From: Polyangiaceae bacterium
Lineage (GTDB): Bacteria > Myxococcota_A > Polyangia > Polyangiales > Polyangiaceae
Reading direction: 5' to 3'
Assembly (NCBI GenBank): GCA_044222475.1
Contig: JBGANF010000040.1
Span: 1-58,308 of the forward strand
DNA: 58,308 nt
The notes under the pieces are model-generated. The model was not told the DNA's origin and searched no databases. It worked only from the letters and a program-made list of their open reading frames with translations. Positions 29,823 through 39,246 of the stretch are shown in pieces. Numbering within the stretch: position 1 is the stretch's first letter; every line of letters starts with the position of its first letter. The position numbers were made by a program, and so were the translations under genes.

Positions 29823-30821
29823 TCACGCTTTGCGGATCAACGCAGCGCGGTAATCGGCGGGCGACTGCCCGGTCCACTTCCGAAAGACGCGGTGGAACGC
29901 GCTCCCCTCGGAATACCCGAGCAGGTACGCGATCTCCTGGATGCCGAGGTTCCGGTCGGCGAGGTACGTCGTCGCGAGATCCTTGCGGGCGTCGTCGACG
30001 AGGTCCTGGAAGCGCGCGCCTTCGTCGCGGAGCCGCCGCTGGAGTGTCCGCGGACTCAGCGCGAGCTTCTTCGCGATCGGCGCGAGGTCGGGCTCGCCGG
30101 CGGAGAGGCGCTCGATGATCTCGCGCCGGACCTTCGCCGCGATCGACGAGCCGGCGCCGAGGCGCGCGACGAGCTCGCTCGCGTAGCCTTCGAGCGCAGC
30201 CGACACGCCTTCGTCGGCGGTGAGGAGCGGGACGTCGAGGAACGATCGCTCGAACACGAGCTCGTCCGCGGGTTGCGAGAACGACGGGAGGAGCCCGTAG
30301 AAGCGCTCGAGCTCGGCGGTGGAAGCGGGCGCCGCGTAAGAGAGGCGCACCGCGACGAGCGGCACGGCCCGTCCGGTGAAGATCCGCGATCGCGTGACGA
30401 TCGCCGAGAACAGCATGTCGATCGCCGCCCGCGGCGAGACGATCGGCGCGGGCGCGCGGTGCACGATGCGCGCGAGGTCGCCGATGACCTCGAGCTTCAT
30501 CTCGATGCGCTCGACGAGGAGAGGGTAGTACCGGCACACGCGGCGCAGCGCCTCGGCGACCGTCCCGCTCGTGCGGGTCGTGTGATCGAGGACCTCGAAG
30601 TCGCCGATGACCGCGCGTTCGCCCAGGTGGAGGCCGAAGTCGGGGTCGCCGCTCAAGGCCGGGGCGCGCTCGAAGAGCTCGAACGCGCGGTCCAAAGGGG
30701 CACGCGTGCTGTCGCGCAGGAGCGCCGCGAACGGCTCGATCGGGGCCCCCGACTCCTCCAGCGCGCGAAGGAGCGCGGTGACGACCGAGGGCGAAATGGT
30801 GCCGAGCGGACCGGTCCTCAC
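29823..30821 (-). CDS. AraC-family regulator with arabinose-binding-like N-domain
   Basis: DPDFGLHLG; C-terminal SPRTLQRRL and IAYLLGYSEGSAFHRVFRKWTG; leaderless TACACT. Confidence 0.9.
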   Translation of the reverse strand: MRTGPLGTISPSVVTALLRALEESGAPIEPFAALLRDSTRAPLDRAFELFERAPALSGDPDFGLHLGERAVIGDFEVLDHTTRTSGTVAEALRRVCRYYPLLVERIEMKLEVIGDLARIVHRAPAPIVSPRAAIDMLFSAIVTRSRIFTGRAVPLVAVRLSYAAPASTAELERFYGLLPSFSQPADELVFERSFLDVPLLTADEGVSAALEGYASELVARLGAGSSIAAKVRREIIERLSAGEPDLAPIAKKLALSPRTLQRRLRDEGARFQDLVDDARKDLATTYLADRNLGIQEIAYLLGYSEGSAFHRVFRKWTGQSPADYRAALIRKA

Positions 30822-30893
30822 GCTGGAAGTGTACGCCCAACCTGAACGGATGGCTCCAAGGAAGGATAATGTAGGACGACCGTAAGAACGGAC

Positions 30894-32036
30894 GTGGATC
30901 TCGTAGGCGGACGCTACCGGCTCGGGGCGCAGCTCGGCATAGGCGGGATGGGCGTCGTCTACGAGGCGAAGGACGTGATCACCGGGCGCTCGGTCGCGGT
31001 GAAGATCCTGCGGGACGCGGCGGCGAGCGACCAGAGCGCCGTGCAGCGTTTCGATCGAGAAGCGCGCGCGACCCTGACGTTGCATCATCCCAACGTGGTA
31101 CAGGTCACCGACATCGGCGGCGGTGACGGCGAGCTGCCCTACTACGTGATGGAGAGGCTCCACGGGCGGTCGCTCGGCGAGCTCGTCCGCGAGGTGGGCC
31201 CGCTCTCGCAGGAGCGCGTCGTTCGGATCGCGCTCCAGGTCACGTCGGCGCTCGTAGCGGCCCACGCGGCGGGGGTCATCCATCGCGACATCAAGCCGGA
31301 CAACGTCTTCCTCTGTGACACCGACCTCGACGAGGATCTCGTCAAGGTCCTCGACTTCGGAGTCGCCAAGGTGGCCGAGAAGACCGACCTCACGCTGGCG
31401 GGTTGGATCGTCGGCACCCTCGCGTTCATGTCGCCCGAGCAAGCGCGCGGCGAGGCTCTCGACGGGCGGGCGGATCTGTACTCGGTCGGGGCGTGCATGT
31501 ACTTGGCGCTGACCGGGGTGAAGCCGTTCGGCAAGCTCGCGCCGCACGCGCTGTTGATGTCGCTGTTCAGCGCCGAGCCGGAGCGGATCGAGTCGCTCGC
31601 GCCTCACGTCGATCCCGAGCTCGCGGCGATCGTGCGCAAGGTCATGAGCAAGGAGCGCGATCGGCGCTTCCCCGATGCGCGAGCGTTGCGCGACGCGCTC
31701 ACGTCGCTCCTCCTCGCGCGGACGGGCAACCTCCAATTCGACGCCGCGCCGTACACGGTGCGCATGCCGCGGCGGAGCTCGTCGCCGCCGCCGCCGCTCC
31801 CGTCGCCGTTGCTCACGCCGCTTCCCGTGGCGTCCGACCGGACGACGGAGCCTCCGGCTCGGCGCGCTAGGCCCGCGTTCGTCCGTCGGGCGGTGACCCT
31901 CGGGGTACTCACGCTCGTCGCGATGGCGTCCGGCATCGGTTTCGACCTCGTCGCGCGCCGCTACGAGGCGAAATCACCCGCGGTGGCGCTGGCGCGACCC
32001 GATCCGGTGGTCTCGATCGACGCTGGGCGAGACTAA
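30894..32036 (+). CDS. Membrane-anchored Hanks-type Ser/Thr protein kinase
   Basis: GIGGMG, VAVK, HRDIKPDN, DFG, MSPE, DLYSVG, C-terminal TM helix. Confidence 0.92.
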   Translation: MDLVGGRYRLGAQLGIGGMGVVYEAKDVITGRSVAVKILRDAAASDQSAVQRFDREARATLTLHHPNVVQVTDIGGGDGELPYYVMERLHGRSLGELVREVGPLSQERVVRIALQVTSALVAAHAAGVIHRDIKPDNVFLCDTDLDEDLVKVLDFGVAKVAEKTDLTLAGWIVGTLAFMSPEQARGEALDGRADLYSVGACMYLALTGVKPFGKLAPHALLMSLFSAEPERIESLAPHVDPELAAIVRKVMSKERDRRFPDARALRDALTSLLLARTGNLQFDAAPYTVRMPRRSSSPPPPLPSPLLTPLPVASDRTTEPPARRARPAFVRRAVTLGVLTLVAMASGIGFDLVARRYEAKSPAVALARPDPVVSIDAGRD

Positions 32037-32062
32037 GGCGCGTCTTCGTATATGCTGCCCCC

Positions 32063-32551
32063 ATGCAACCCATGGGATACGCGCCGGGGCCGGGCATGGG
32101 GGCTCCGGCTGCCACGTACGAGTTCAACGATTTCGAAAACACGACGCTCGCGAGCACCGCGCGCTGGGCAAAGTGGTGGGGAATCATCTCCATCGCAAGC
32201 GGCGCGCTGCTGCTGATCCTGGGCGTCTTGATGATCGTCGTCCTCGGCGCGGCCATGGCGACGGCGCCGCCCTCGAGCAGCGGCGGGGCGGCGATCACGC
32301 CGGCCACCGTCGTGGCGATCGGCGTGTCGCTCATCCCCGCGTCGCTGGTCAGCATCATCGGCGGCGTCTTCTACCTGATGTCCGGCAACTCGCTGCAGAA
32401 GGTGGTGAGCACGCAGGGAGAAGACGTTCCGCTCCTCATGGACGCGGTGAAGACACTGACGCGTGCGTTCATGATCGAGGCGATCGCGCTCGTCGTCTCG
32501 TTCATCATCGGCTTCGTGATCGGCCTCACCATGCAACACGGAGGTCACTGA
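32063..32551 (+). CDS. Small 3-TM membrane protein (DUF5362-like, paralog A)
   Basis: YEFNDFEN motif plus three hydrophobic helices; similar to the next gene. Confidence 0.7.
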   Translation: MQPMGYAPGPGMGAPAATYEFNDFENTTLASTARWAKWWGIISIASGALLLILGVLMIVVLGAAMATAPPSSSGGAAITPATVVAIGVSLIPASLVSIIGGVFYLMSGNSLQKVVSTQGEDVPLLMDAVKTLTRAFMIEAIALVVSFIIGFVIGLTMQHGGH

Positions 32552-33096
32552 TGTACCAACCTCCCGGTGCTGGTGGTCCTCCTGGTGGCGGTTACGGCGG
32601 TCCTCCGCCTGGTGGCGGTTACGGCGGTCCTCCCCCTGGCGGCGGTGCGCCGCCAGGTTATGGCGGCCCTCCTCCCGGCTACGGCGGTCCGCCGGGCTAC
32701 CCGCCGCCGGGCGGCATGCCCTATGGCGGCGGCGGCGGTTACGAGTTCGGCCAAGCGGAGAACGCGACGATCGGCGCGGCCGCGCTTTGGGCGCGCATCC
32801 TCGGCATCGTCCTCATCGTCATCGGCACGATCGGGCTGCTGAACTGCAGCCTCATCGATTTCGCGCTGAAGCTCGCCGTCGGCATCTTCTTCATCCTCGG
32901 CGGCAACGCGCTCGCGACCGTGGTCAACACGCAGGGCAACGACGTCGCGCACATGATGACGGCGATGCAGAAGCTGGGCACCGCCTTCAAGATCCGAGTC
33001 ATCGCGACGATCGTGGGGGTCGTGCTCATCCTCGGGTTGTTCCTGTTGGCGATGGTGATCTTCGTCTTCGCTGCGGCCAGCTCGGGCCACCCCTGA
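32551..33096 (+). CDS. Membrane protein with Pro/Gly/Tyr-rich N-terminus (paralog B)
   Basis: TGATG coupling; YEFGQAEN and VVNTQGNDV shared with the upstream gene. Confidence 0.7.
   Translation: MYQPPGAGGPPGGGYGGPPPGGGYGGPPPGGGAPPGYGGPPPGYGGPPGYPPPGGMPYGGGGGYEFGQAENATIGAAALWARILGIVLIVIGTIGLLNCSLIDFALKLAVGIFFILGGNALATVVNTQGNDVAHMMTAMQKLGTAFKIRVIATIVGVVLILGLFLLAMVIFVFAAASSGHP
32581..32634 (+). repeat. 27-nt tandem repeat (x2) encoding PGGGYGGPP
   Basis: CCTGGTGGCGGTTACGGCGGTCCTCC(G/C) repeated twice, followed by degenerate copies. Confidence 0.8.
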
Positions 33097-33722
33097 CCGC
33101 CCACACCACCATCTCGACCGAAGAGGAGCTCCGCGCGCTGCTCGGCGAGCCGACGGAGCTCGTACGTTCGAAGGTCGCTTCCCAGCTCAACGCGCTGACC
33201 CGCGTGTTCATCGAACGGTCACCGTTCGTGTGCCTCGCGACGTGTGACGCCGACGGTCACCTCGACGTGAGCCCCCGCGGCGACCCGCCCGGTTTCGTTC
33301 GCGTGCTGGACGAGCGCACGCTCCTCCTGCCCGAGCGGCCCGGCAACCGCATCGCCGATTCGCTTCGCAACATCCTCGCGAACGCCCGCGTAGGGCTCCT
33401 CTTCGTGATCCCCGGCGTGGGCGATACCTTCCGAGTCAATGGCCGCGCCGAGCTCGTCACCGATGCGGCCCTGCTCGAGCCGTGCGCGGTCGAGGGCAAG
33501 GTTCCGAAGCTCGGCATCCTCGTCCACGTCGAGAGCGCCTTCACGCACTGTTCCAAGGCGTTCTTGCGCTCACACTTCTGGGACCCGGCCCGCTTCGTCG
33601 ACCGCAAGGAGCTGCCGTCGAACGGGCAGATCCATGCCGTGCTCGCCGGTGGAGACTTCGACGCCGACGCGTACGACGCGGCACGCGCCGAGCGGTACCG
33701 CCGACGCGACGGCTTCTGCTGA
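33093..33722 (+). CDS. Pyridoxamine 5'-phosphate oxidase-related FMN-binding protein (probable CTG start)
   Basis: FIERSPF, DVSPRGDPPGFV, PERPGNRIADSLRN, HCSKAFLRS; CTGA overlap with the upstream stop. Confidence 0.88.
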   Translation: MTAHTTISTEEELRALLGEPTELVRSKVASQLNALTRVFIERSPFVCLATCDADGHLDVSPRGDPPGFVRVLDERTLLLPERPGNRIADSLRNILANARVGLLFVIPGVGDTFRVNGRAELVTDAALLEPCAVEGKVPKLGILVHVESAFTHCSKAFLRSHFWDPARFVDRKELPSNGQIHAVLAGGDFDADAYDAARAERYRRRDGFC

Positions 33723-33752
33723 GCGTGTCCGTCGCGCGCTACACTCGGCTTC

Positions 33753-35714
33753 GTGCGCATCGGGTCGCCTCTCCTAGCCGTCGCGTTCCTGGTCGGGTGC
33801 GGCGGCGGACGCCCATCGTCCCCGCCGGCAGTGCCCGCCTCGGCTGACGCGATGATCGCGCCGCTGCCCGTCGTTGCGTCCGACGAGGAGAAAGCTGCAT
33901 GGAAAGAGGCTGCACTCTACACCAACATGGGGAAGGAGTGGCTCGGTGCCGCAGTCGCGTCGGACGACTGGCCCACGCAAGAGATGCTCCTCGGATCTGC
34001 GCTGGCCACCTACGACTGCGCGGCGCGCGCTTGGGCGGACGCGCTCGCCGTGACGCGGGTGCGCAGGTACGACGTTCGGTTCTGGTTGGCCGACGCATGG
34101 AACAAACGCCTGCGCGTGAAGGAGATCCTCGCGACCTCCGCGCCCGTGTCGCACGCCAGGCCGACGGAGGAGGACCTTCGGACGGCGTTTGCGACCGCCG
34201 TCGCGGTGCGTGATGCAACGGACGGCGACGAGTACGTCGACGCCGCAGCTTCGTTCGCGATCACCGCCGCCGACATCGCGCGTGATCGCGACTACCGGCG
34301 CTTCGACGAAAGCGGAGGCTGGAATGGGTTTCCGCGCCGCGATCACGTCGAAATGGTCGGGGCCGATGGCGAGGAGCCGAAGGTGAAGATCGTCGCGCTG
34401 CCCGAGTCGGTGCAACGCGCGGTGGACGCGCGCGTTCAGTACGCGCGTCGCGTGCCGGCGGCGAAGGACACGTCGGGCGCGGACGGGGTGAAGATGGCGG
34501 TGAGGTACGCCTTCGAAGCCGCGGATACGTACCTCGCGTACGGCCAGCTGGCGTCGGCCAAGGCGCTGTTTCAGGAGATCCACGCCGGCCAGTGCCTGAA
34601 GAACGACTACGGCTACCTGGCATGGGAGAAGTTGATCCTCATCGCGGGGAAGTCGCGTGACGTTGGCGAACACTATCGCTTGGTTGGCCGACCCTGCGTG
34701 ATGAACAAGGAGCAGCGCCTTGCCATGAAGGAGCTGCTCGGTCCTTCCGTGCACTGGGACACTCGCATCGAGGCGGACGTCGATTTCGTGAAGGCATGTG
34801 GTCGTGACCTCCAGGCGCCAACCGATCGTTGCGACCCCATCACGCCCGCCTTGCGCGCGAAGTGGCGGATCGTCGCCGCAGGATACCAGCGCGCGTTCGA
34901 GGACGAGCTCGAGGACGAAGCTCCTTACGTGGGGCACGTGTTTCGTGCGGCGTTCGCCTACTCCTACGCTGGAGACACCGCGGATGCCTTGCGGGTCCTT
35001 CGCGGGTTCATCTCGACCTACGGGGACGAGGCGAAGCTGGCGACCTTGGCACCGACGACTCTCGCCGTTCGCGTCACGTATCTCTCGGAGGCGTACAGCG
35101 AGCTAGGAACGAAGCTCTTCGCGGCGCTGGACTACGCCGGCGCTGCCTCGGTCTACGAGAGCGCATCTCATCGAACACGACTCCCCATCGACGCGAGACG
35201 CGAAGACGCGGCGAACGCGCTGATCCTCTTCGCGGCACTCGGTTTTCGCTCGCACGCGTCGATGCTCGCGGCCGAGCTTCGTGCGCTCGCGCCCGCAGAA
35301 GGGCCTCGCGCGGATTACTTCGTCGCCAAGATGGAGTTCGACCGCTGGATGCAAGGTGACGCCCTGGCCCGCCCAGTCGCGCAGGCTGCACTCGCCGCCT
35401 ACCACCGCGCCAACGTGAAGCGGACTGGAGCCGAACCCTATGTGTTCCAAGCGGCGTGGCAGCTCGCGCGTCTGGCGCGCGTCGACGATGTCGGCGCGTA
35501 TCGAAGCTGGCTCGGAAAGGCAGACGCGGCGCGCTCCGCGTGGTCGCAGAGTCCGACCGAGGCATCCAAGCTCGCGTACGACGCCAGCTCGGCCGACTTC
35601 ACCCAACTCGGCCGCGAGCTCCATCCCACACCCGTCACGGCGACGATGAGCCTAGGAGCGATCTTCGGTGGACCGGGGACGGTTTCGTGGGTGCTGGGCC
35701 CACTTCCTCCGTGA
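33753..35714 (+). CDS. TPR-like helical-repeat lipoprotein
   Basis: Lipobox LVGC, Ala-rich helical repeats with Tyr/Ala TPR-like patterns; leaderless TACACT. Confidence 0.6.
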   Translation: MRIGSPLLAVAFLVGCGGGRPSSPPAVPASADAMIAPLPVVASDEEKAAWKEAALYTNMGKEWLGAAVASDDWPTQEMLLGSALATYDCAARAWADALAVTRVRRYDVRFWLADAWNKRLRVKEILATSAPVSHARPTEEDLRTAFATAVAVRDATDGDEYVDAAASFAITAADIARDRDYRRFDESGGWNGFPRRDHVEMVGADGEEPKVKIVALPESVQRAVDARVQYARRVPAAKDTSGADGVKMAVRYAFEAADTYLAYGQLASAKALFQEIHAGQCLKNDYGYLAWEKLILIAGKSRDVGEHYRLVGRPCVMNKEQRLAMKELLGPSVHWDTRIEADVDFVKACGRDLQAPTDRCDPITPALRAKWRIVAAGYQRAFEDELEDEAPYVGHVFRAAFAYSYAGDTADALRVLRGFISTYGDEAKLATLAPTTLAVRVTYLSEAYSELGTKLFAALDYAGAASVYESASHRTRLPIDARREDAANALILFAALGFRSHASMLAAELRALAPAEGPRADYFVAKMEFDRWMQGDALARPVAQAALAAYHRANVKRTGAEPYVFQAAWQLARLARVDDVGAYRSWLGKADAARSAWSQSPTEASKLAYDASSADFTQLGRELHPTPVTATMSLGAIFGGPGTVSWVLGPLPP

Positions 35715-35719
35715 GCCCC

Positions 35720-36121
35720 CTAGCCGAGCCAGTCTTCGACCCGAAGTCCGGGCACTCGCCGAAACTCACGCACGTTGTGGGTCGCCAACGGCCACCTGAG
35801 CGACAACGCGTGGGCCGCGATCAGCGTGTCGAGCGGCCCAATCGGTGTTCCCCGCTTCTCGAGCAGCGCACGTAGCTCGCCGTATCGAAGCGTGGCCGCG
35901 TCGTCGAACGGAACGACGGAGACCTTCGACATGAGCACGTTGAGGTTCGCCTTCGCGCGAGCGGCATGTTTGCTCTTCGCGACGCCGAACCTCAGCTCTG
36001 CCAGTGTGATCGCACTCATCCGCACCGCAGAGGGCCGATGACGATCGAGCTGGTCGCGCACGCGCTCGTCGCGGTTGAGGATCGCGATGCAGACATCCGT
36101 GTCGAGGAGGATCTTCGCCAC
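35720..36121 (-). CDS. vapC: Type II TA toxin VapC (PIN domain)
   Basis: LLDTDVCI, ITLAELRFG, IGPLDTLIAAHA, THNVREF. Confidence 0.92.
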   Translation of the reverse strand: MAKILLDTDVCIAILNRDERVRDQLDRHRPSAVRMSAITLAELRFGVAKSKHAARAKANLNVLMSKVSVVPFDDAATLRYGELRALLEKRGTPIGPLDTLIAAHALSLRWPLATHNVREFRRVPGLRVEDWLG

Positions 36122-36129
36122 GTCGCTTC

Positions 36130-36369
36130 TCAGATGCGCTTGCGCTTCTCGACGGCTCGCGTCGCGTGTCTGCGCACGGGATGGGCGAGTGGGAGAAGTC
36201 GATCCCAGAAGCCGCCCCACGCGTCGCCCTCGGGAAGGGGCTCGAGGACGATCGTGGCGCCGCGCCGACGAACGACGACCTCGACCCCTTCGATACGCAT
36301 CGCCTTGGGCAATCGAACCGCTTGGCTGCCACCGGACCAGAACACTTTGGCGTGGATTTCGTCGGCCAC
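36130..36369 (-). CDS. vapB: Type II TA antitoxin VapB (AbrB/SpoVT fold)
   Basis: AKVFWSGGSQAVRLPKAMR; lies upstream of vapC. Confidence 0.9.
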   Translation of the reverse strand: MADEIHAKVFWSGGSQAVRLPKAMRIEGVEVVVRRRGATIVLEPLPEGDAWGGFWDRLLPLAHPVRRHATRAVEKRKRI

Positions 36370-36371
36370 GT

Positions 36372-36398
36372 TATCTATATATCACATGTATCTAGATA
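36372..36398. promoter_or_regulatory. Putative vapBC operator (two 10-bp palindromes)
   Basis: TATCTATATA (36372-36381) and TATCTAGATA (36389-36398) in an AT-rich patch at the vapB start. Confidence 0.7.
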
Positions 36399-36472
36399 TG
36401 GGCGCTCTTCTCGTCGACCGACATTCAGGCGTAGAGCAAACGGCTCCGAGTCGATATGCTGCCCAAGCGTTC

Positions 36473-37198
36473 GTGAGCTTCGAAGACGATGTAGCCGAGG
36501 TCGCTCACCTGCTCGACGAGTGGGCGGCACGTCGTGGTCCACTCTTCACCGTCGGGCCAGCCGAGCCGGCCCGGGTCGGGGACCTCGATCCCGACGGGTG
36601 GGGAGAGTGGCGCATGCTTCCTTCCGCCGTTCATCCCCACCAGGTCGATGCTCTGGAGCGCGAGCTTGGCGTCAGGCTGCCGCCTTTCTATCGGGCATTT
36701 CTTTGCTGCAGGGCACTGCTCGATCTCGACTTCGGCGAGTACACGCTTCCGCCGTTGCCGTGTGGCGATCCTCTCCGGGACGTTCGTGCCCACCTGCGTG
36801 CGAGGAGCGGGGCGGGGTACATTCAGTTCGGCTCCGCGCGTGGTTGCGGCGACCCACTTTGTTTCGACACGTTGGGCCCTGGTCAGGACGGCGACTGTCC
36901 GGTGGTCGTCTTCAATCACGATGTGGTACCGCCTGGCGCCTGGGCGGATCGTGACGTGCTGCAACGCTACGCCGCGGTGGTCGCGCCCAGCTTTCGGGTG
37001 TTCCTGAGAGCCTTGCTCTCCGGAGACGCCGCCACCCTTCCGTCACCGCAATCCCCCGAAGAGATCCGCCGGAACGAAGCCTGGTCGCGGGTCCAGGGTC
37101 TGCTGCGCGAGAGGGGCTTGCCACCGAACTACCGCCCGGCCGGGATCGATCCCGCCGACCCGTGGGCGATCGCGCGGGCACTCGAGCGAGCCGGCTGA
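36473..37198 (+). CDS. SMI1/KNR4 (SUKH) family immunity-like protein
   Basis: LERELGVRLPPFYRAFL, GDPLCFD, CPVVVFNHD, APSFRVFL; start may be ATG 36398. Confidence 0.75.
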   Translation: MSFEDDVAEVAHLLDEWAARRGPLFTVGPAEPARVGDLDPDGWGEWRMLPSAVHPHQVDALERELGVRLPPFYRAFLCCRALLDLDFGEYTLPPLPCGDPLRDVRAHLRARSGAGYIQFGSARGCGDPLCFDTLGPGQDGDCPVVVFNHDVVPPGAWADRDVLQRYAAVVAPSFRVFLRALLSGDAATLPSPQSPEEIRRNEAWSRVQGLLRERGLPPNYRPAGIDPADPWAIARALERAG

Positions 37199-37232
37199 GC
37201 TCCAAGCCTTGCCGGCAGCTCCAAGACAGGCG

Positions 37233-37802
37233 TCAGTCGACCGAGAAGACCTCGAAGCTCTCCTCGGCGATCACTTCGCCGCGGTCGTTCTTGATGCGCG
37301 CCTTCCAGGTGCCCGGCTCCTTCGCGAGGCGCGTGAACGCCCACGTGCGCCAGTGATCGGTCGCACCGACCGAGAGCTCGATGTCTCCGCGCGCGCCCGC
37401 CTTCGGCGAGACGAACTCGACGAACAGAGTGCCGGGGACCTTCTCGGTGTTGTGCACGTCGAGGAACACGAAGACCTTCGGCTCGGTCGAGTCGAAGCGC
37501 GTGCCCACGTCGATCGGCTCGCGGTTCTTCACGTCGCGGGCGATCGCGATGCGCGTGATCGAGAGCTTCTTCGCCGCCGGCGCGTCGGTCTTCGCCGCGA
37601 CCGCGTTCGCCTTCGGCTCGGGCTCCTTGACCGCCGTGGTCACCGGCGCAACCGCAGCGGTCGTGACCGGCGCGGCGACGGCGACGCTCGCGGCGGGCGG
37701 GCACACCGGAGCTTCGGCTTTCTGAACGTCCTTGTTGCCGCCACAGGCGACGATCGAAGCGAGAGAAAGGACGAGAGCATGAGCGAGAGCGAGACGACGC
37801 AT
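37233..37802 (-). CDS. DUF2914-like Ig-fold lipoprotein
   Basis: Lipobox IVAC; IARDVKNREP, WRTWAF, PGTWKARI; SD GGAGG. Confidence 0.75.
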   Translation of the reverse strand: MRRLALAHALVLSLASIVACGGNKDVQKAEAPVCPPAASVAVAAPVTTAAVAPVTTAVKEPEPKANAVAAKTDAPAAKKLSITRIAIARDVKNREPIDVGTRFDSTEPKVFVFLDVHNTEKVPGTLFVEFVSPKAGARGDIELSVGATDHWRTWAFTRLAKEPGTWKARIKNDRGEVIAEESFEVFSVD

Positions 37803-37857
37803 GATGTTTGGATCCTCCGAAGATCGAGGCGACGTTGCCTCGTTGGGAGGGTCATGT

Positions 37858-37873
37858 CGCAAGGTGTGGGCCA
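37858..37873 (-). promoter_or_regulatory. Sigma54 promoter
   Basis: TGGCCC-ACACC-TTGCG on the minus strand. Confidence 0.6.
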
Positions 37874-37956
37874 CGCGTAACTGCTGGAAACCAAAGGCCT
37901 CCACGAGTGGGCCCGCACACACGACGTGTCCGGGCGACCACCGCTATGCTGAGGCG

Positions 37957-39156
37957 ATGAAGAGAGCGCTCGGTCTCGGGCTCGCGATCGCGGTCGCCGC
38001 GTGCGGCGACGATCCCGTGGTCACCGGTCAGCCCGACTCGGGCTCTCCGCTCGAAGCCGGGGCCGACGTCGCGCCGAACCCCGACGGCTCGCCGCCCGCG
38101 TCCGGCATGTGGTCGATGGGGTACTACGCCGGATACGAAGCGGCGAAGTACCCGGTCTCCGAGATCGGCTGGAACGGGCTCACCCACGTCGCGGTCGCGT
38201 TCTATCTGCCCGACACCAAGGGTGGCCTCGACGAGTCGCTCTTCCAGAGCGCGATCGATGGTCCCAAATTGGGACACGCGATCGTCGACGCGGCGCACAA
38301 GGCCGGGAAGAAGGCGGTCGCGTCGGTCGGAGGCGCGGGCATGCACGACGCCCTCGTCGCTTCGGCGTCGAACGCGAACCGGGCGGCGTTCGTCGCGCGC
38401 ATCAAGAAGCTCGTTACCGACTACGCTTACGACGGCGTCGACATCGACTGGGAGCCGCTGCCCGCCGGCGACGTGACCTCTCTCGAAGCGCTGGCGAAGG
38501 ATCTCCGGGCGGCGCTCCCGGGCGTCCTCCTCACGATCCCGATCGGCACGCTGAACCGGAACCTCAAGGAGGACGTCTCGTTCATGCCGAAGGTGGCCGC
38601 CGTCTTCGATCAGCTCAACATGATGAGCTACTCGATGGCCGGCGCCTATCCGGGGTGGAAGAGTTGGCACGCTTCGCCGCTGCACTGGAACGGTGACACG
38701 TCGACGCCGACCGGGATCGACGACACCGTCGACGCGTACCTCGCGGCCGGTGTTCCGCCGGCGAAGCTGGGCGTCGGCTCCGGGTTCTACGGGCTCTGCT
38801 ACACCGCGCCGGTCGCCGCACCGGTGCAGGCGCTCGGCGCGTCGACGATCAAGGCGAGCGACGGCGCGATGAGCTACGCCGCGATCATGACGCAGTACTG
38901 GAGCGCACCGGCGGCCAAGTTCGACGCCACCGCGAAGGTGCCGTGGCTCGGGTTCGCGCAGGCGACTGGGCCCGAGGGTTGCACCTACGTGTCGTACGAG
39001 GACGCGCAGTCGCTCGCGGAGAAGGGCGCCTACGCGAAGTCGAAGAAGCTCGGCGGGATCATCGTGTGGACGATCAACCAGGGCTATCTTCCGGCGGCTC
39101 CGGTCGGGCAGAGGAACCCGCTGCTCGGCGCGATCGAGACGGCGTTCCTGAAGTGA
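37957..39156 (+). CDS. Lipoprotein glycoside hydrolase family 18 (chitinase-like)
   Basis: Lipobox VAAC; SVGG, DGVDIDWE catalytic motif, MSY, SYED, GGIIVW. Confidence 0.9.
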   Translation: MKRALGLGLAIAVAACGDDPVVTGQPDSGSPLEAGADVAPNPDGSPPASGMWSMGYYAGYEAAKYPVSEIGWNGLTHVAVAFYLPDTKGGLDESLFQSAIDGPKLGHAIVDAAHKAGKKAVASVGGAGMHDALVASASNANRAAFVARIKKLVTDYAYDGVDIDWEPLPAGDVTSLEALAKDLRAALPGVLLTIPIGTLNRNLKEDVSFMPKVAAVFDQLNMMSYSMAGAYPGWKSWHASPLHWNGDTSTPTGIDDTVDAYLAAGVPPAKLGVGSGFYGLCYTAPVAAPVQALGASTIKASDGAMSYAAIMTQYWSAPAAKFDATAKVPWLGFAQATGPEGCTYVSYEDAQSLAEKGAYAKSKKLGGIIVWTINQGYLPAAPVGQRNPLLGAIETAFLK

Positions 39157-39218
39157 CCATGACGTGACGATCCCACCCGCGGTCTCGCCTCCGTCGAGAG
39201 AAACGCGGGAAACCGAGC

Positions 39219-39234
39219 TGGCGCGACGCTTGCT
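39219..39234 (+). promoter_or_regulatory. Sigma54 promoter
   Basis: TGGCGC-GACGC-TTGCT, 12 nt before GTG 39247. Confidence 0.7.
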
Positions 39235-39246
39235 ACGTCCTCCGTC

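Noticed and set aside
29823..31736. Apparent 637-aa AraC protein
   Set aside because: The N-terminal half is antisense to the Ser/Thr kinase; the real start is near 30821
33718..37200. 7-bp direct repeat GCTGAGC flanking the vapBC/SUKH block
   Set aside because: Short, includes stop codons, no integrase or transposase; likely chance
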